A stretch of DNA of 63,529 nt, the filler included, from Octopus bimaculoides (lineage: Eukaryota): the NCBI RefSeq assembly GCF_001194135.2. It is 4 parts of 4 records of this genome, joined end to end, with 100 filler letters (N's around TTAATTAATTAA, not from the genome) between each part and the next. Parts side by side here need not be neighbours in the genome. Positions count along the whole stretch, not along the records: positions 19,157 to 29,243 come from NC_069004.1; positions 29,344 to 34,571 come from NC_068995.1; positions 34,672 to 63,529 come from NC_069006.1; 1 more part is not named here. One strand, given 5' to 3'. The position numbers and the translations under genes were made by a program. The notes under the pieces are model-generated. The model worked only from the letters and a program-made list of their open reading frames with translations, searched no databases and had not been told where the DNA came from. Below, in pieces: positions 26,735-40,478 of the stretch (position 1 is the first letter of the stretch; each line of letters starts with the position of its first letter).

Positions 26735-27416
26735 CAGGCGTACCTCAGCTTACGACGGTAATTGGTTCCAAGACATGCGACCTAACTCGAAAAACGACAT
26801 AACAAGAAAAATCATTTTACAAAAATTATTGGGTTACATCTGTTTTAAAAAATGATTTGTATATATTTGATTCTCCACTTCAGTATAGGTGTTTAGATGT
26901 CTTTAGAAATATTTTTATGCTTTGAAATAAGTTCTCTGAGACCGATGTAAAGTCGGATAAATGGACTGAACTTGAGGATTATTTATTAAAAATAAATAAA
27001 TAGATATTACGGAGATGTATTTGCATTGCAAGTGACCTGATCTGAGATCGGGTGCTGGAACGAAAACAATTGCAGCGTGGAAGGTGTTTATAAGCCATTT
27101 AAGAAACACATAAAAACCGTTAGATTCACTTCAACATATAAATTTAATTTGTCAAAATATTTTCGTCGCTTTGAGACCGCGACCTGTTCACTGACAAAAT
27201 TCCGTGCTGCATCTCGGAATTTTGTTAGTGAACAGGTCGCGGTCTCAAAGCGAAGAAAATATTTTGGCAAATCAAATTTATATGTTGAAGTGAATCTAAC
27301 GGTTTTTGTGTGTTTCTGAAACGGCTTATAAACACCTTCCACGCTGCAATAAATAAATAAAACGTCGCAAAATTGAAAAGACTTAACTCGAAACAAAGTA
27401 AATTGAGGTATGCCTG
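26735..27416. mobile_element. Tigger/pogo-like non-autonomous element containing a long palindrome
   Basis: TIRs caggcgtacctcagcttac and gtaaattgaggtatgcctg; left flank TA, right flank CA. Confidence 0.6.
27069..27350. repeat. 136-bp-arm inverted repeat with a 10-nt loop
   Basis: 27069-27204 is the reverse complement of 27215-27350 with only scattered mismatches; loop tgctgcatct. Confidence 0.95.
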
Positions 27417-28462
27417 CATTGTAGTATACGGCATGTGATGTTATCAAACAATATATGGCATGATATTTCCTGTAATAAATGCACGCATCAATGCCAAACA
27501 GTTTTTAATCTACGTCGTTCTTGCTTTCTACAACATTAGAGTGGGAGGCCATTGCAGTTCTGTAAAAGAGATGCTTTATGAATACTTTTCAATTTCTTGA
27601 GCCACGAAGAAAGTTTCTCAGTGATTTCAATCCTTTATCTTTTACTTGCTTCAGACCGACTTGTTTTAGTCGAACGAATGGGCCCCAGTTATTTATTTTG
27701 TAGAGCTTGGTGCTTAATCTATCGGTCTCTTACAGCGGATCTCTAGGTTTCGGGGATCTGAACAAACCAACACCGGTTGTTAAGCGGTAGTGGAGGACAA
27801 ACACTGACACAAAGACACGCACTGAGATACATACACATACATACACATACATACATATATTCTTTCATTCGTTTCAGTCATGCAGCTGCAGTTATGTTGG
27901 AGCATCTCCGTGGACGTGATGCATAAGCCGGGAAACGAACCCGGGCCAACCGCGTGGCATATATATATATAAATATATGTATATACGATGGGCTTCTTTC
28001 AGTTTCCGTCTGCAAAATCCACTCACAAGGCTTTGGTCGTTCCAGAGCTATAGCAGAAGACATGTGCCCAAGGTGCTATACAGTGGGACTGAAGGTAGAA
28101 CCATACAGTAGGGAAGCAAACTTGTTACCATAAACTGATACCTAAAGAAATATGCAATTTTAAATTTGGTATTTTCCACATATAAAACACAGAAAAGAAA
28201 AATTAACGAATCGATTAACTCGAAAGAAATATTGATTTCGATTACTCTATTCGCCATTTTCCTATAAAGGATGGAGGAGAGAGAAAGAGACAACAACTCT
28301 CCCCACATCACCAGCTAAGATTGAATCGAACTCACTACCTCATGATTGTGAACCCGTGGCTCTAACCACTGAGCCATGCGCCTTCACAAACGTGCATATA
28401 CATATGATGTAAATATATATATGTATACATATGGTATATAATATGATATATATGTGCGCGTA

Positions 28463-28509
<47 letters not shown>

Positions 28510-29184
28510 CACATATACGCACATACATACATTTATATATATGATATATATATATAGATATATATATATATATATATACACATACATATATATATGTATA
28601 TATTTATTATATATACATTTAATATATATATATATATATACACATACATATATATATGTATGTATAGACACACATACAGATGCGCGCGCGCACACACACA
28701 CATATACATATATAATAAAATACAATATGCGCATCATATGTGTTATATATGTGAGTGCATGTGAAGTGTTTGCGTGTAATAACAAAACGAGATATGGGCG
28801 TGTGAGTACGCATGTGTTCGTAGATGTATGCGTATTATATGTATGTTTATGTGTTAGTATGTGTATGTGTACACGTCTGTGTGTGTGTGTGTGCTCGTTC
28901 AAGAATACCAATAAGACACAAGTAATTTAAATCTGATTAGATAATCTAGTAATCCCCAATTAAAACAATGTTTCGCCCCAGACAGTCCAAAATACTGATA
29001 TTCAGAACTTGTTACGTCATATCTAATCAAATACTACTCTTATGACCGCTTCTAGACACAAAAATTAAGACAGATTTTTAATTAATTCAATATTGCGTGA
29101 TGTAATTTCTTCCGTCCTAATTTTCTTTCTCTCTCGCTCTCTTTGGTCACCCCTTTTTTTTTCTAACTTTCGTTCTTAACTCTC

Positions 29185-29243
<59 letters not shown>

Positions 29244-29343
29244 NNNNNNNNNNNNNNNNNNNNNNNNNNNNNNNNNNNNNNNNNNNNTTAATTAATTAAN
29301 NNNNNNNNNNNNNNNNNNNNNNNNNNNNNNNNNNNNNNNNNNN
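29244..29343. other. Artificial scaffold linker
   Basis: 44 N + TTAATTAATTAA + 44 N. Confidence 0.93.
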
Positions 29344-32300
29344 ATATATATGTACACTCAGTCGATATGCAGTCACTACAGAAACCATAATACTATACGC
29401 ACATATTACACACACACATGCACACACGCACGCACACACAGACACACACACTTATTAAATGCATATATACTTAAAGACATAGGGGTACACATAAACATCG
29501 TGTCATGCGTTGATACACACTCTATACGCACTCACAACAATCTCTGTATGCACACATGCACACAAACACACATTCAGAAAATGCTTTAATATTGCAAATT
29601 TAAAAACCTTACTGGAAAATTCTTCACATTCTTACATGAGAATAGCTAAGTGTATTATTGCTGTTGTTGTCAATGACGTCAGTGGTGGTAGTGGTAGTGG
29701 TGGTAGTGGTGAGATCGNNNNNNNNNNNNNNNNNNNNNNNNNNNNNNNNNNNNNNNNNNNNNNNNNNNNNNNNNNNNNNNNNNNNNNNNNNNNNNNNNNN
29801 NNNNNNNNNNNNNNNNNNNNNNNNNNNNNNNNNNNNNNNNNNNNNNNNNNNNNNNNNNNNNNNNNNNNNNNNNNNNNNNNNNNNNNNNNNNNNNNNNNNN
29901 NNNNNNNNNNNNNNNNNNNNNNNNNNNNNNNNNNNNNNNNNNNNNNNNNNNNNNNNNNNNNNNNNNNNNNNNNNNNNNNNNNNNNNNNNNNNNNNNNNNN
30001 NNNNNNNNNNNNNNNNNNNNNNNNNNNNNNNNNNNNNNNNNNNNNNNNNNNNNNNNNNNNNNNNNNNNNNNNNNNNNNNNNNNNNNNNNNNNNNNNNNNN
30101 NNNNNNNNNNNNNNNNNNNNNNNNNNNNNNNNNNNNNNNNNNNNNNNNNNNNNNNNNNNNNNNNNNNNNNNNNNNNNNNNNNNNTGGTGGTGGTGGTGGT
30201 GGTGACAGTATTGTTACTGCTGCTGCTCTTGTTGGAGTGCTCCTGCTGTTAGGTTTTATCATTGCACTTGCTTTCCTTGTCATTACTGCTGGTTTTGTCA
30301 TCGTTTTATCCCGAGTCAGCTTCGATGAAGGCCTAAGGACTGGACATTAAGGGACTTAAAAAGTGGCATGTATGGTAGGCAATTGAGGCACTAAAATAGG
30401 CATTTGTACCACTAACAAATAGGAATTTAAACAAGTAAACATAACATTTATCAGGTACGTAGGTATTTATGGCACTAAAAATTAGTATTGTGTAACGAAG
30501 AGGAAATATTGCTTAACGAGATATGCTGATGGGATCGTAAACATAGTCATGAAGCAAGAGTTAGGCCTGTTTATTTTTCAGTAGAAAGTGTTTATGACAC
30601 GGACAATAAAATGAAATTAGTCGAAACTGAAAATATTTATTACAATGTTAAATAAGGTAACATCATTTTGTGCTATTTGATGAATGGAATGTATAATCCA
30701 TATGAAACAGAAAAGATTTAATAAGAAAACATATAGGTAGAAAAGTGAACACGCTTTCTAAAAATAGAAATGAAATAAAATTAATAAAACAATGCTAAAC
30801 AGCAGCAAGCAAAAACGTTTATACATCATCACATTACTATAGGTGTTATTGCAAGATACCACTATAAGCTTTTTTACGTTTTCACAGGTGAAATTCAACC
30901 TTCGATCTGAAAGCATTTGTTTTAGTTTTGAAAAATACCTTCCAACGTCGACCGATGTAAAAGGTGCATGTTCGAAAGATGCTGTATCACTCGGCGAGAG
31001 CTTTCCAGCATATTGTGTATTTGCCCTTTTATGAACTTTTGCAATATCGTTAATCTATTGTAGGTCGGTATGGGCGTCAATCACTTTTTGGCATTTATTT
31101 TAGCTATGCGTCTGCCCCTCTCTCCGGGAGTACTCCTCACCTTTTCAATTGTGATGTCAAAACAAAGATAGAGCTTCTAGCATAGAAATGTTCCTGTTTT
31201 CTAAAGCTAGTATAGTTTGTGGTATCGTTTGAAAATGTGCGACAATAAAGGAGAGAGCCCGAAGCTATAACATAATGCACTTGCCCAAGGTACCACGTAG
31301 TGGGACTGAACCCGGAATTATGGGTTTGGGAAGCAAAGTTCATACCACACACCCGTGCCTGCGTATGGGAAATATGCAATCACTTTCTATGCTACTTTAA
31401 CGAGTAAGTTGATAGATTAACAGAATACTCTTCATTGAAACTCACAGAGAACCTACTTGACATTTATATTTTTGCAATCCGTCTTTTCTTTTTCCTAACG
31501 CAGTAGAGTGTGATCTGAGAGAGGTTTGACTGCTCTTTTCAGCCAGTCCTTCGCCCACCTAAAAGCACCTCTATTTCAATACAATTTCATTGTAGTATGT
31601 GTTATCAGCTTCGTATCTGATACATCTGTTGTTGTAAATTAGATGATGTTCATACTACTGTTGTTGTTTAGACCCATGACAGCTCTTAACAAAAAGGCTT
31701 TATGATAAGACATATACCAGCCATGACCATTTTGTCTTATTTAGGAACATCTAAGACACTACTAAATGTGTCCTTCTCTTTTCTCAGAAAATGTCTATGA
31801 ATTAAAAGTAAAATAACTGCTGTTTCTGGCTCATTGAATAAGAAACATAGATATTACCCCGTTCGCTGTTTGATATCGTGGTATATCTGACATTTGCATT
31901 TACTAGTGCTAATGTTGTTACCATTGCTGCTGCTGGTTGCTTTGCTTTAATTGTTGTGGTTCTTTTAATACATATTGTTACTGTTGTCGTCGTTGTTTCG
32001 GTTACATTAAGCCTGTAGCAATGCTGCTGCTGAATTTAAATCGATACTGTGCTTTCTATTGCTATTCTAGTGATGTTGATGATGATGTATTTTCAATTTC
32101 CCCTGTTGATGAGGATTTTGCTGCAGTTATTACCATTAGTGCTTCTGTTGTTACTGTTGTTGCTACCACTGTTACTATTGATTTTTTATTGTTGTTGCTT
32201 CAACAACCTATTATTGCCTCCTTGTTCTTATTTGATCGCCAGATCAGACTTGATAAAACGGACTTACAATCAATGCCACTTCAACTGTAATCATTTCCTA

Positions 32301-32862
32301 TTTTTCTATTGATTTATCAATCGACGACGTTGTTTATTGTATTCCTTCTTTCTTTAAGACAACAGTGTACGAGTTGTAGCAATTTAACTGCTATTTCAAT
32401 CAGTTGTAAGCTCCTTTAAAGGATCCCCTCATTCACTTTTGCTTGTTTACTTCTTGCTGTTTCTCCTTTCTCTAAGAAAATTTACTAGTTTTGATATTAA
32501 ATGTCTGTACCGTTGTTTGACTCCCATCATTTAATTCTGATCAAATATACCACACTCAGTGGTGTTTGAGCCATGGCCATCACATCTTATGCTTATACAG
32601 ACACAATACTTTTATATCTCCATTATCTAGTGTGTCGCTCCAATTTTTTCAGGCGGCTGTGTGTGATCTGAGGAAGATTTGACGGCTATTTCTAGCAGAG
32701 CGAGTGACCACGTACTGGCATTCCAAATAACTCATGATTTGTATATGTACCAGATAAATCTTGTTGCTGTTGTACCAGCAGCTGTTTTATAGTTGCTGCT
32801 GCACTTTCCTTTTCTTCTTCCTCTCTACCTTCTATTGTATTGTTGCTCTTCATGTTGTCCTC

Positions 32863-32958
32863 TCTTCTTCTTCTTCTTCTTCTTCTTCTTCTTCTTCTTC
32901 TTCTTCTTCTTCTTCTTCTTCTTCTTCTTCTTCTTCTTCTTCTTCTTCTTCTTCTTCT
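32863..32958. repeat. (CTT)n pure trinucleotide tract of about 32 units
   Basis: Directly visible. Confidence 0.97.
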
Positions 32959-32974
32959 CCAGTGGCATTTGAAT

Positions 32975-33260
32975 ACAAAACGTAAAGACAGACGAAATGC
33001 CGCTAAGCAGGCGCACTAAGGATTCTGCCAGGTCGCCGCCTTAACAATAATAATAATATTGATTATTGCCAGCAAGTTCGTAGGAGGGGGGAAAGTCGAT
33101 TACATTGTCTCCAATGCTCAACTGGCATTCATTTCATCGATCTCGAAAGGATGAAATGCAAAGTCGACCTCAGCAGAATTTGAACTCCGAACGTAAAGAC
33201 GGACGAAATACCGCCAAGCATTTTGCCCGGCGTCGTCGCGATTCTGCCAGTTCGCCGCCT
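32975..33260 (-). mobile_element. Family B SINE plus a second tandem head fragment
   Basis: cgtaaagac(a/g)gacgaaat...attctgccag(g/t)tcgccgcctta occurs twice (about 32980-33043 and 33192-33262). Confidence 0.75.
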
Positions 33261-34518
33261 TAGCTATGCTAATAATATTAGTAATCATTATTCATATATT
33301 TGTGTTACGGTAATGTTGTTGCTGTTATTTATCACATTCATATTACTTCCATTATTGTTTCGTGTTATTATTGTCAGTGCTGCTACCGCTGCCTCCGCAG
33401 TCGCAGCCGCTGCTGCTACTTCTGCTGCTGCTGCTTCTGCTGCTTCTGCTGCTGCTGCTGCTGCTGCTTCTGCTCCTATTTTTGTTGTTAATGTTGTCTT
33501 GACCCCTGCTGTTATATTTGAATTGCACCAATTGCCTTCTTTCAGTCAAAAATTGAAACCTTTACAGTTTATACTCCGCTCTCCATTCGCCTTTTCCCCC
33601 TTATTTCATAACTACTTTTATCCACAAACGCATAAACAAACGCACAACCTTCAATGCATACACGCGTATACAGGCACAGATATTTGAACACAATAAGAGA
33701 CACGCAGATTTTTATAGACATGACATACACAGATTTTTACAGACACACACGCACACACACACACATATACACACACATACACACATACACTCACATAATA
33801 CAGAATTTTATATTCACTTACACACAGATACAAAAGGTAACAAAAAGATATGCCTCCATCTTTCTCTCTCCCCTTATGAATTTTAAGTGCTCTACTCAAC
33901 ACATCTACATGCACTTGCACATACACACAGACACATACACACACACATGACATATTCAATAATACATACATACACGCTCATCGATGCACACACAAATATA
34001 CACACACGCACACAACTTAGCTGTAAAAATAATGAATCATGTAACACATTGCATTCTTTTCATATTTGCTATTTTGAAAGTTATCAACCACTACCACCGC
34101 AACAAACTCCATCGTCAGCACCATCACTGCAACGAGTACTATAACAAACATCGGCACCACCATCAGCACTACCATAGCTACCACGAAATCTCAATATAGC
34201 AAAACAATGTTTACTATTGCCAACACCACATCGACAGTCATTAGTGCCACAACCATCGTAACTGCAAACACTACCACCATCACAACACGATATTACGACC
34301 GCTACATTCACCACTGCCACTCCTGCTATCATCACAATAAACATGAAGAAAGTGAAAACTTTTAAATGTCGGTAAAATATGTTACATTTCCTCAAATATA
34401 AACTTACACACACATAAATACACACATTAAAACATGCACGCATATATGCACAAATACTCTCTCTCACTATCTTTCTACACGCACACGTACAAACAAACAT
34501 ACGCACACACACACACAT

Positions 34519-34571
<53 letters not shown>

Positions 34572-34671
34572 NNNNNNNNNNNNNNNNNNNNNNNNNNNNN
34601 NNNNNNNNNNNNNNNTTAATTAATTAANNNNNNNNNNNNNNNNNNNNNNNNNNNNNNNNNNNNNNNNNNNN
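34572..34671. other. Artificial scaffold linker
   Basis: 44 N + TTAATTAATTAA + 44 N. Confidence 0.93.
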
Positions 34672-34881
34672 ATGAAGGGTATTGGATTCAACCAAACCCA
34701 AAGATACAGGTAATATCGTCGAGTAAGTGCTGTATACCGGCTAGTTTTGCCCCTGTCGTTGTATAAACATGAGTGGGGAATATAACATAAGTCGTGTATT
34801 AGCGTGTGTATGTATAAAGAGAGAAAAGAATAAAGAGACCAATGGCAAAGTTAGAAATATATTTTATGGATAAAGTCTTAC

Positions 34882-34952
34882 AACTGCTTCAGGGATAATC
34901 CAATGTATCCCTTCATCGGAGACGGTAATAGTAGAGGAATGGATTATTACAT
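34882..34952 (-). CDS. Candidate orphan internal exon, (D)VIIHSSTITVSDEGIHWIIPEAV; product unknown
   Basis: Long polypyrimidine tract ending ctcctcttatag, donor GTT|gtaaga, and only one open frame. No family recognised. Confidence 0.3.
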
Positions 34953-35382
34953 CTATAAGAGGAGAGTTGTAGTAAGAAGCGAGAGCGATGTGTAGAAGAA
35001 AGAACAAAGAAGAAACAGTACTTGGAGTGTAGCTTCATTCCAGCAATAAACGTCCATGTAAAGAATCCTTGTGGGTATTTTCCGGATGCACCACCGGATA
35101 CTCCTGAACCAGTTTTTGTGTTTCTTTCAGTTTTCATCTAATGAATTCACTCACAAATAGTTGATCAGCCCAGGGCTATAGTAGAAGACACTCGCATAAT
35201 GTGCTGCACAGTGGGACAGAACACAAGACAACATTGTAGGCAAGCAAGCTTCCTACCCACAATGCCACACTTGCGCCTGTTTTTCTTTTGTTTTGTTGAA
35301 AGGTTATTGAACTTTTGTCTGTAATCAGAAACAAGTCGTTAATTTTAATTATGTAAACAAAAATAGACGGATGTAAATGAAA

Positions 35383-35770
35383 GGCATGGTTGCACCGGTG
35401 AAGAAGCTCGTTTTGCAACCAACTAGTTTCGGGTTCAATTCTACTGTACGGCATCTTATTATGGAAGTGTCTTCTACTTTAGCCCTCGGGCGACCAATAA
35501 CTTTTGAGTGGATTTAGTTGACGGAAACTATTAGGAAACCTGCTGCATGCATGCATGTATGTGTGTGTGTTTTTGTGTTTTTCGTCCCAACGCAAATAGA
35601 CAACAGGTGTTGGTTTGTCTACGTCCTCCTAACTTGGCGGCTCCGCAAAAATGACCGATAAAATAAGAACAGGACTTGAAAATAGATACTGGAGTAGACT
35701 CATAGAATCGTTTAAGGCGGTGCCCCAGTATGGCCGTCACCTAGTGACTGAAACAAGTAAAGATAAAAGA
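35383..35770 (+). mobile_element. Full-length family A SINE (tRNA-like head, microsatellite core, conserved tail), diverged
   Basis: Head ...gggttcaattctactg..., gacggaaact, (TG)n core, tail ...aaggcggtgccccagtatggccg...gactgaaacaagtaaag. Confidence 0.75.
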
Positions 35771-36189
35771 TACATACATACGTACACACACACACTGATA
35801 GCTGTCATGGGTGAATATGAGATGTAGTAACAGTGATTTGGTCTGTGTAGGTGTAAGGACATAAATATATGCGTAGATAAATAGTCACGCACATACAAAA
35901 TATAACGATTAAGATCATGGAGCAGGAAGAAGACAAACAAATAAATAATACATAAAACCAGACAAATAAAACACGTGACCGATATTTCTAGCTACGTTAT
36001 TTTATATCTATTATTTATCTATTGTTTATATATTCTATATTAATGTGAACAGTGTAGTGTTAGTAAAGATAGAATACCGGATCAATTCTCCTAGTAGAGA
36101 GGATACGTTTTGTTATTACGTGTGTTAAAATTCTTCTGCAATAGACGTATCCTTTTTGAAGGTCAGTTCACATTACTCCGTAAGGAGTA

Positions 36190-36395
36190 AAAGGCCGGTT
36201 CCCCGGTTTCTCTGGCGTATATATTCCTTCCTGGACGAGATGCCAGTCTTTCGCATGATTACCCATTTTTGCCACCTGAGAGGACTGGAGTAACGTTAAA
36301 TGAAGTGCTTTGCTCAAGAATATAGATCATCGCCCGGTCCTGGAATCGAAACCACAATCTTACGATCATGAGTCTAACACCTTAGCCACAAAACC
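36190..36395 (-). mobile_element. tRNA-derived SINE of a further family
   Basis: Reverse-complemented head (gtggctaaggtgttagactcatgatcgtaagattgtggtttcgattcc) followed by ttgagcaaagcacttcattt. Confidence 0.6.
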
Positions 36396-37519
36396 ATAAA
36401 CCTCCACAATAATTTCAGATTCTTTTCAGAATGAAGTTATTTTTTTTCTCTCTTCATCCACGCAGCTGAGAATCAGACAATCACATGATAGTTCAAAAGC
36501 GGATCACGTGACAGAGTGATAGACTTGGCGATGGAGCAAAGTGAGATAAAGTAACAGACAAAAGAATGAAACACCATATTTTCTGACCAGCAGATAATCA
36601 GACAATCAGACGATAGATCAACAGAAGACCACATGATGGAGTGACATACTAGGAGATGGAGAAAAAGAATGACAAGGAGATAAAGCAAAAGGATGGAAAA
36701 ACCAGACGCCCAGACGATCACATAACCAGACGATGAGATAATCAAATAATCAGGCACTAGATTAACAGAGGATCACGTGCTGGAATAATTAACTGAATGA
36801 TAGAGAAAAAAAAACATGGAGATTAAGCAACAGGTCAGATAATGGAGAGCAAAACCTGAGAAATGAGAAACAGAAGACCAGACGATCAGATTAAAAAATA
36901 GTTCAACAAATGACCACATGATGGAGTAACAGGCATGGAGACAAAGCATGACATCGAACCGTATGTCTTACGGTGTTTTTTCCAGCTTTTTAAGTTCTGA
37001 GTTCAAATCCAGCCGAAATCAACTATGCATTTCACTCTTTCAGGGTCGATGAAAAAAGTATGAAGCCAGGCACTCGATTCTCTGTGCTTTGAGTTCAAAT
37101 TCTACCAACGACAACTTTGATCTCTTTCAGAGTCGATTAGAAAGAATTAGTCCAAAGATTGAAGGAATTGCTCGTTAGAGTAACTATAACTAATATAATT
37201 ATTATAGTTACTCTTGAATGAAAAGAAAAAAAGGAGGCTGAAAGCTACCTGTTGATTACAAACCAGCATCTTTTATAAGCATGACTGACATGCTGACCGT
37301 TATCCTAAAGAAAACCACCACAGGATACCTTCTACTCTTTTTTCCGTCCAAAGGATTCGTTTTTTGATCTAATGTATTTCATGTTATCATTTATAGCTTT
37401 ATCCACTTCGAGACTCACTCTTAAGATGGTTTAATAAACAGCTACTGCATTTTCACAACTTTTCAACCATCGATTTTTTAGATGGTGGCAGCGAATGTAT
37501 TGATACCGGTGGGATTGGT

Positions 37520-37800
37520 GGTGTTGATGTAGGTGGTGGTGGTGGTTTTGGTGTTGATGGTGGTGGTGTTGATGGTGGTGGTGTTGATGGTGACGAAGTT
37601 GTTGGTGGCGGTGTTAGTGGTGGTAGTTAAATGGTGGTGTTGGTGGCGTTAAAAATAATAGCGGTTGTTCTGATGGTGGTAGCTGTGGTGGTGGCAGTGG
37701 CGGTGGTGGTGATGGTGTTAAGAGTGGTGCTAGTGCTAATGGTGGAGGTGATGCTAATTGTAACGATTGATGGTGGTGGTCGTCTTAATGATAGTGGTTG
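37520..37800. repeat. Degenerate (GGT/GAT/GTT)n low-complexity tract; similar tracts at 39915-40350 and (GCT)n at 33380-33475
   Basis: Directly visible; these give spurious poly-V/T/G/A ORFs. Confidence 0.9.
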
Positions 37801-37865
37801 TATCAAGGAAATTAACGTTTCGAAAGTCGTATAGTGTCTCCACAACAACTAACAATGTATGTATG

Positions 37866-37897
<32 letters not shown>

Positions 37898-38269
37898 TGT
37901 ATGTATGTATGTATTTCTTCTTTACTTTTACCTTTTTGCTTGTTTCAGTTATTGGACCGCGGCCACGCTATAACACCGCCTTGAAAAGTTTAGTCGATCA
38001 AATCGGCCCCAGTATTTATATTAAGTCTGTTACATAGATACGCAATAATATTACGAAAATAATCAACGAAGACACCCACATTCTACACCCACGTGTTATA
38101 CGTTGACAACAGTAAACGTTTCAACAGCAACTGCACCGTTCTAAATCATGATGATAACTGAGATAAGAAAACCGGTAAAACATTAGATACATGAAGACAC
38201 ATTTACAATCAAATCCTCGCTGTTCCAACATCAAGTCAAATAACAAGCTTGAACCGACCAGAACTGACT

Positions 38270-38389
38270 ACCAAATGCTTCATGCTTTTTAAGACAGTGA
38301 TATACAAATCTCCTATAAAACCAAGCGATAGTATTTAGAACAACTTTTCTGGACTTACAGAGCGCACATTTAAAAACAGATTTAACCAC
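38270..38389 (+). mobile_element. Penelope-like element GIY-YIG endonuclease fragment
   Basis: KCFMLFKTVIYKSPIKPSDSI*NNFSGLTERTFKNRFNH resembles the PLE motif CL..xVIYKAxI...YIGLTExxFKxRFxNH. Confidence 0.6.
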
Positions 38390-39578
38390 TTTAATGTGTT
38401 TGGAAACTGATAGACAATGGAGGCAAAACCGCTTCTATAGTCTACACGGTCACTGAACAGAAGTTAAAAAATTTGGAGCCCAAGCAGAAACAAAATGGAA
38501 TATTTTCAAGTGATTTTTCGATTGCAAACATTATTCCAACCAGATGGATCCCTTCTTGAGTGCCCGAAAATTAAACCTTACAAAATAGTATTTATTAGTT
38601 TCATTGGAGGTCTGCCAAGGCTAAAAAAGAAAAAGAAGCGATGACATTTATCCCTTTGATCTATCTATATTACATAGGGGTCGGCGAACCGGGGTAAATT
38701 AACTCAAGTGTGGTAAAAATGAAATTCTCGGGGGGTAATTAGGACTCATTAGACGTAAGTAAAATTATATAAAAAACGTGTTTTTTCCAATGTAATGGGC
38801 ATGCTTAGGAGACACCACGCCATTTTCAACTACAAACAATTTGGTTGCTAAAGCGTTGTCAAGTGACTAAACAGATATTTGTCAGTTGTCTATCATCCGC
38901 CTTAACCTTATTTTTCGACACACGTGCTTTTGCTTTATTTAGGAAGATTTAAGTAGTTATTCAATTTAACTCATTAACGAAATCGATTGGGTCCCGGAGA
39001 CTATCCAAATTGCTATGGCATCAAAATGTCCCGAACTCTACAATATGTATCGAGTACTCTTTTTCTCGGTTGAAACTCTAAACCTAAACGCTTATAAACA
39101 CATGTTCATGCATATATACACATAAATATGAGTATGTATGTATATATATATATAATTATTTACATGTGTATAAGGGATGAATTTTCAGATTTTTTTATAT
39201 GCTAGGTCACTTGGTTTTAAATTGAATTAATATTCAATTTATCACCCTATCTATATATATAATTATTTATATATTCGTAGATATTTCTCTTTCCATCTCC
39301 CTCTCTTTCTCTATCCCTGTCTCTATCTATATATATATATTTACGTATATATGTCTATGCATGAGATAATACGTATATATATATATATATATATATATNN
39401 NNNNNNNNNNNNNNNNNNNNNNNNNNNNNNNNNNNNNNNNNNNNNNNNNNNNNNNNNNNNNNNNNNNNNNNNNNNNNNNNNNNNNNNNNNNNNNNNNNNN
39501 NNNNNNNNNNNNNNNNNNNNNNNNNNNNNNNNNNNNNNNNNNNNNNNNNNNNNNNNNNNNNNNNNNNNNNNNNNNNNN

Positions 39579-39639
<61 letters not shown>

Positions 39640-40446
39640 CATACACACACACACACACATATATATACATATATGTACATATATGTATGTGTGTGTGTGT
39701 GTGCGTGTGTGTAAAGACTTCTGACAATGCTGACAGTTTGGTTTGTATAGCGCTGTCATCACTTGACTAGTTGAACCTTACTACAACAATAACAACAACT
39801 ACAACAACGAGAACTAAACGTCCAACCACCACACCACACTACTGCCTCCCACTGACGTCTCGCTTTTGCATAGAACAATATTTATGTGAGAGGCAAGGAT
39901 GTGAGAGGCAAGGTGAAAGTGGTGGTGATGGTGTTGCTGTAGATGGCAGTGGTGGCACTGGTGGCGGTGGTGGTGGTGGTTGTTGCCGATGTGGTCGAGG
40001 GGCGGGGGAGGTGATGATGGCGGCGGTTATATGAATGCTGATGGTTGTCAATGGTGATGCTGGAGATGGTGGCGGTCGTGTTAATGGTAATGATGGTGGC
40101 GGTAGTGATGGTATTGGTGATGTTAATGGTAGCAGTTCTATTTGTGGTGGTAGTGGTGGTGGTGGTTATGGTGGTGGTGGTTATGGTGGTGGTGGTAGAG
40201 GCGATGGTGGTGTGAATGGAGAGGGTAGTGGTATTAATGGTGGTGGTGGTTGTTATGGTGGTGGTGGTGGTGGTGTTAAGAGTCGATGGCTGTGTGAATG
40301 GTGAGGGTAGTGGTATTGAAGGTGGTGGTGGCGGTAGTGGTAGAGGTGTTGGTGAACACAAAGGAATAATCTTTTACAAACATTTCATTCTTCGATTCGT
40401 CTATTCGGTTTCGCTTCTGTAAATTGTGTCTACATACATACACACA

Positions 40447-40478
<32 letters not shown>

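Noticed and set aside
38673-39060. hAT-like terminus CATAGGGGTCGGCGAACC
   Set aside because: No matching opposite terminus or transposase remnant found.
33223-40361. Poly-Ala, poly-Val/Thr and poly-Gly ORFs resembling structural or glue proteins
   Set aside because: They derive from degenerate trinucleotide tracts open in several frames and on both strands; no splice or codon evidence.
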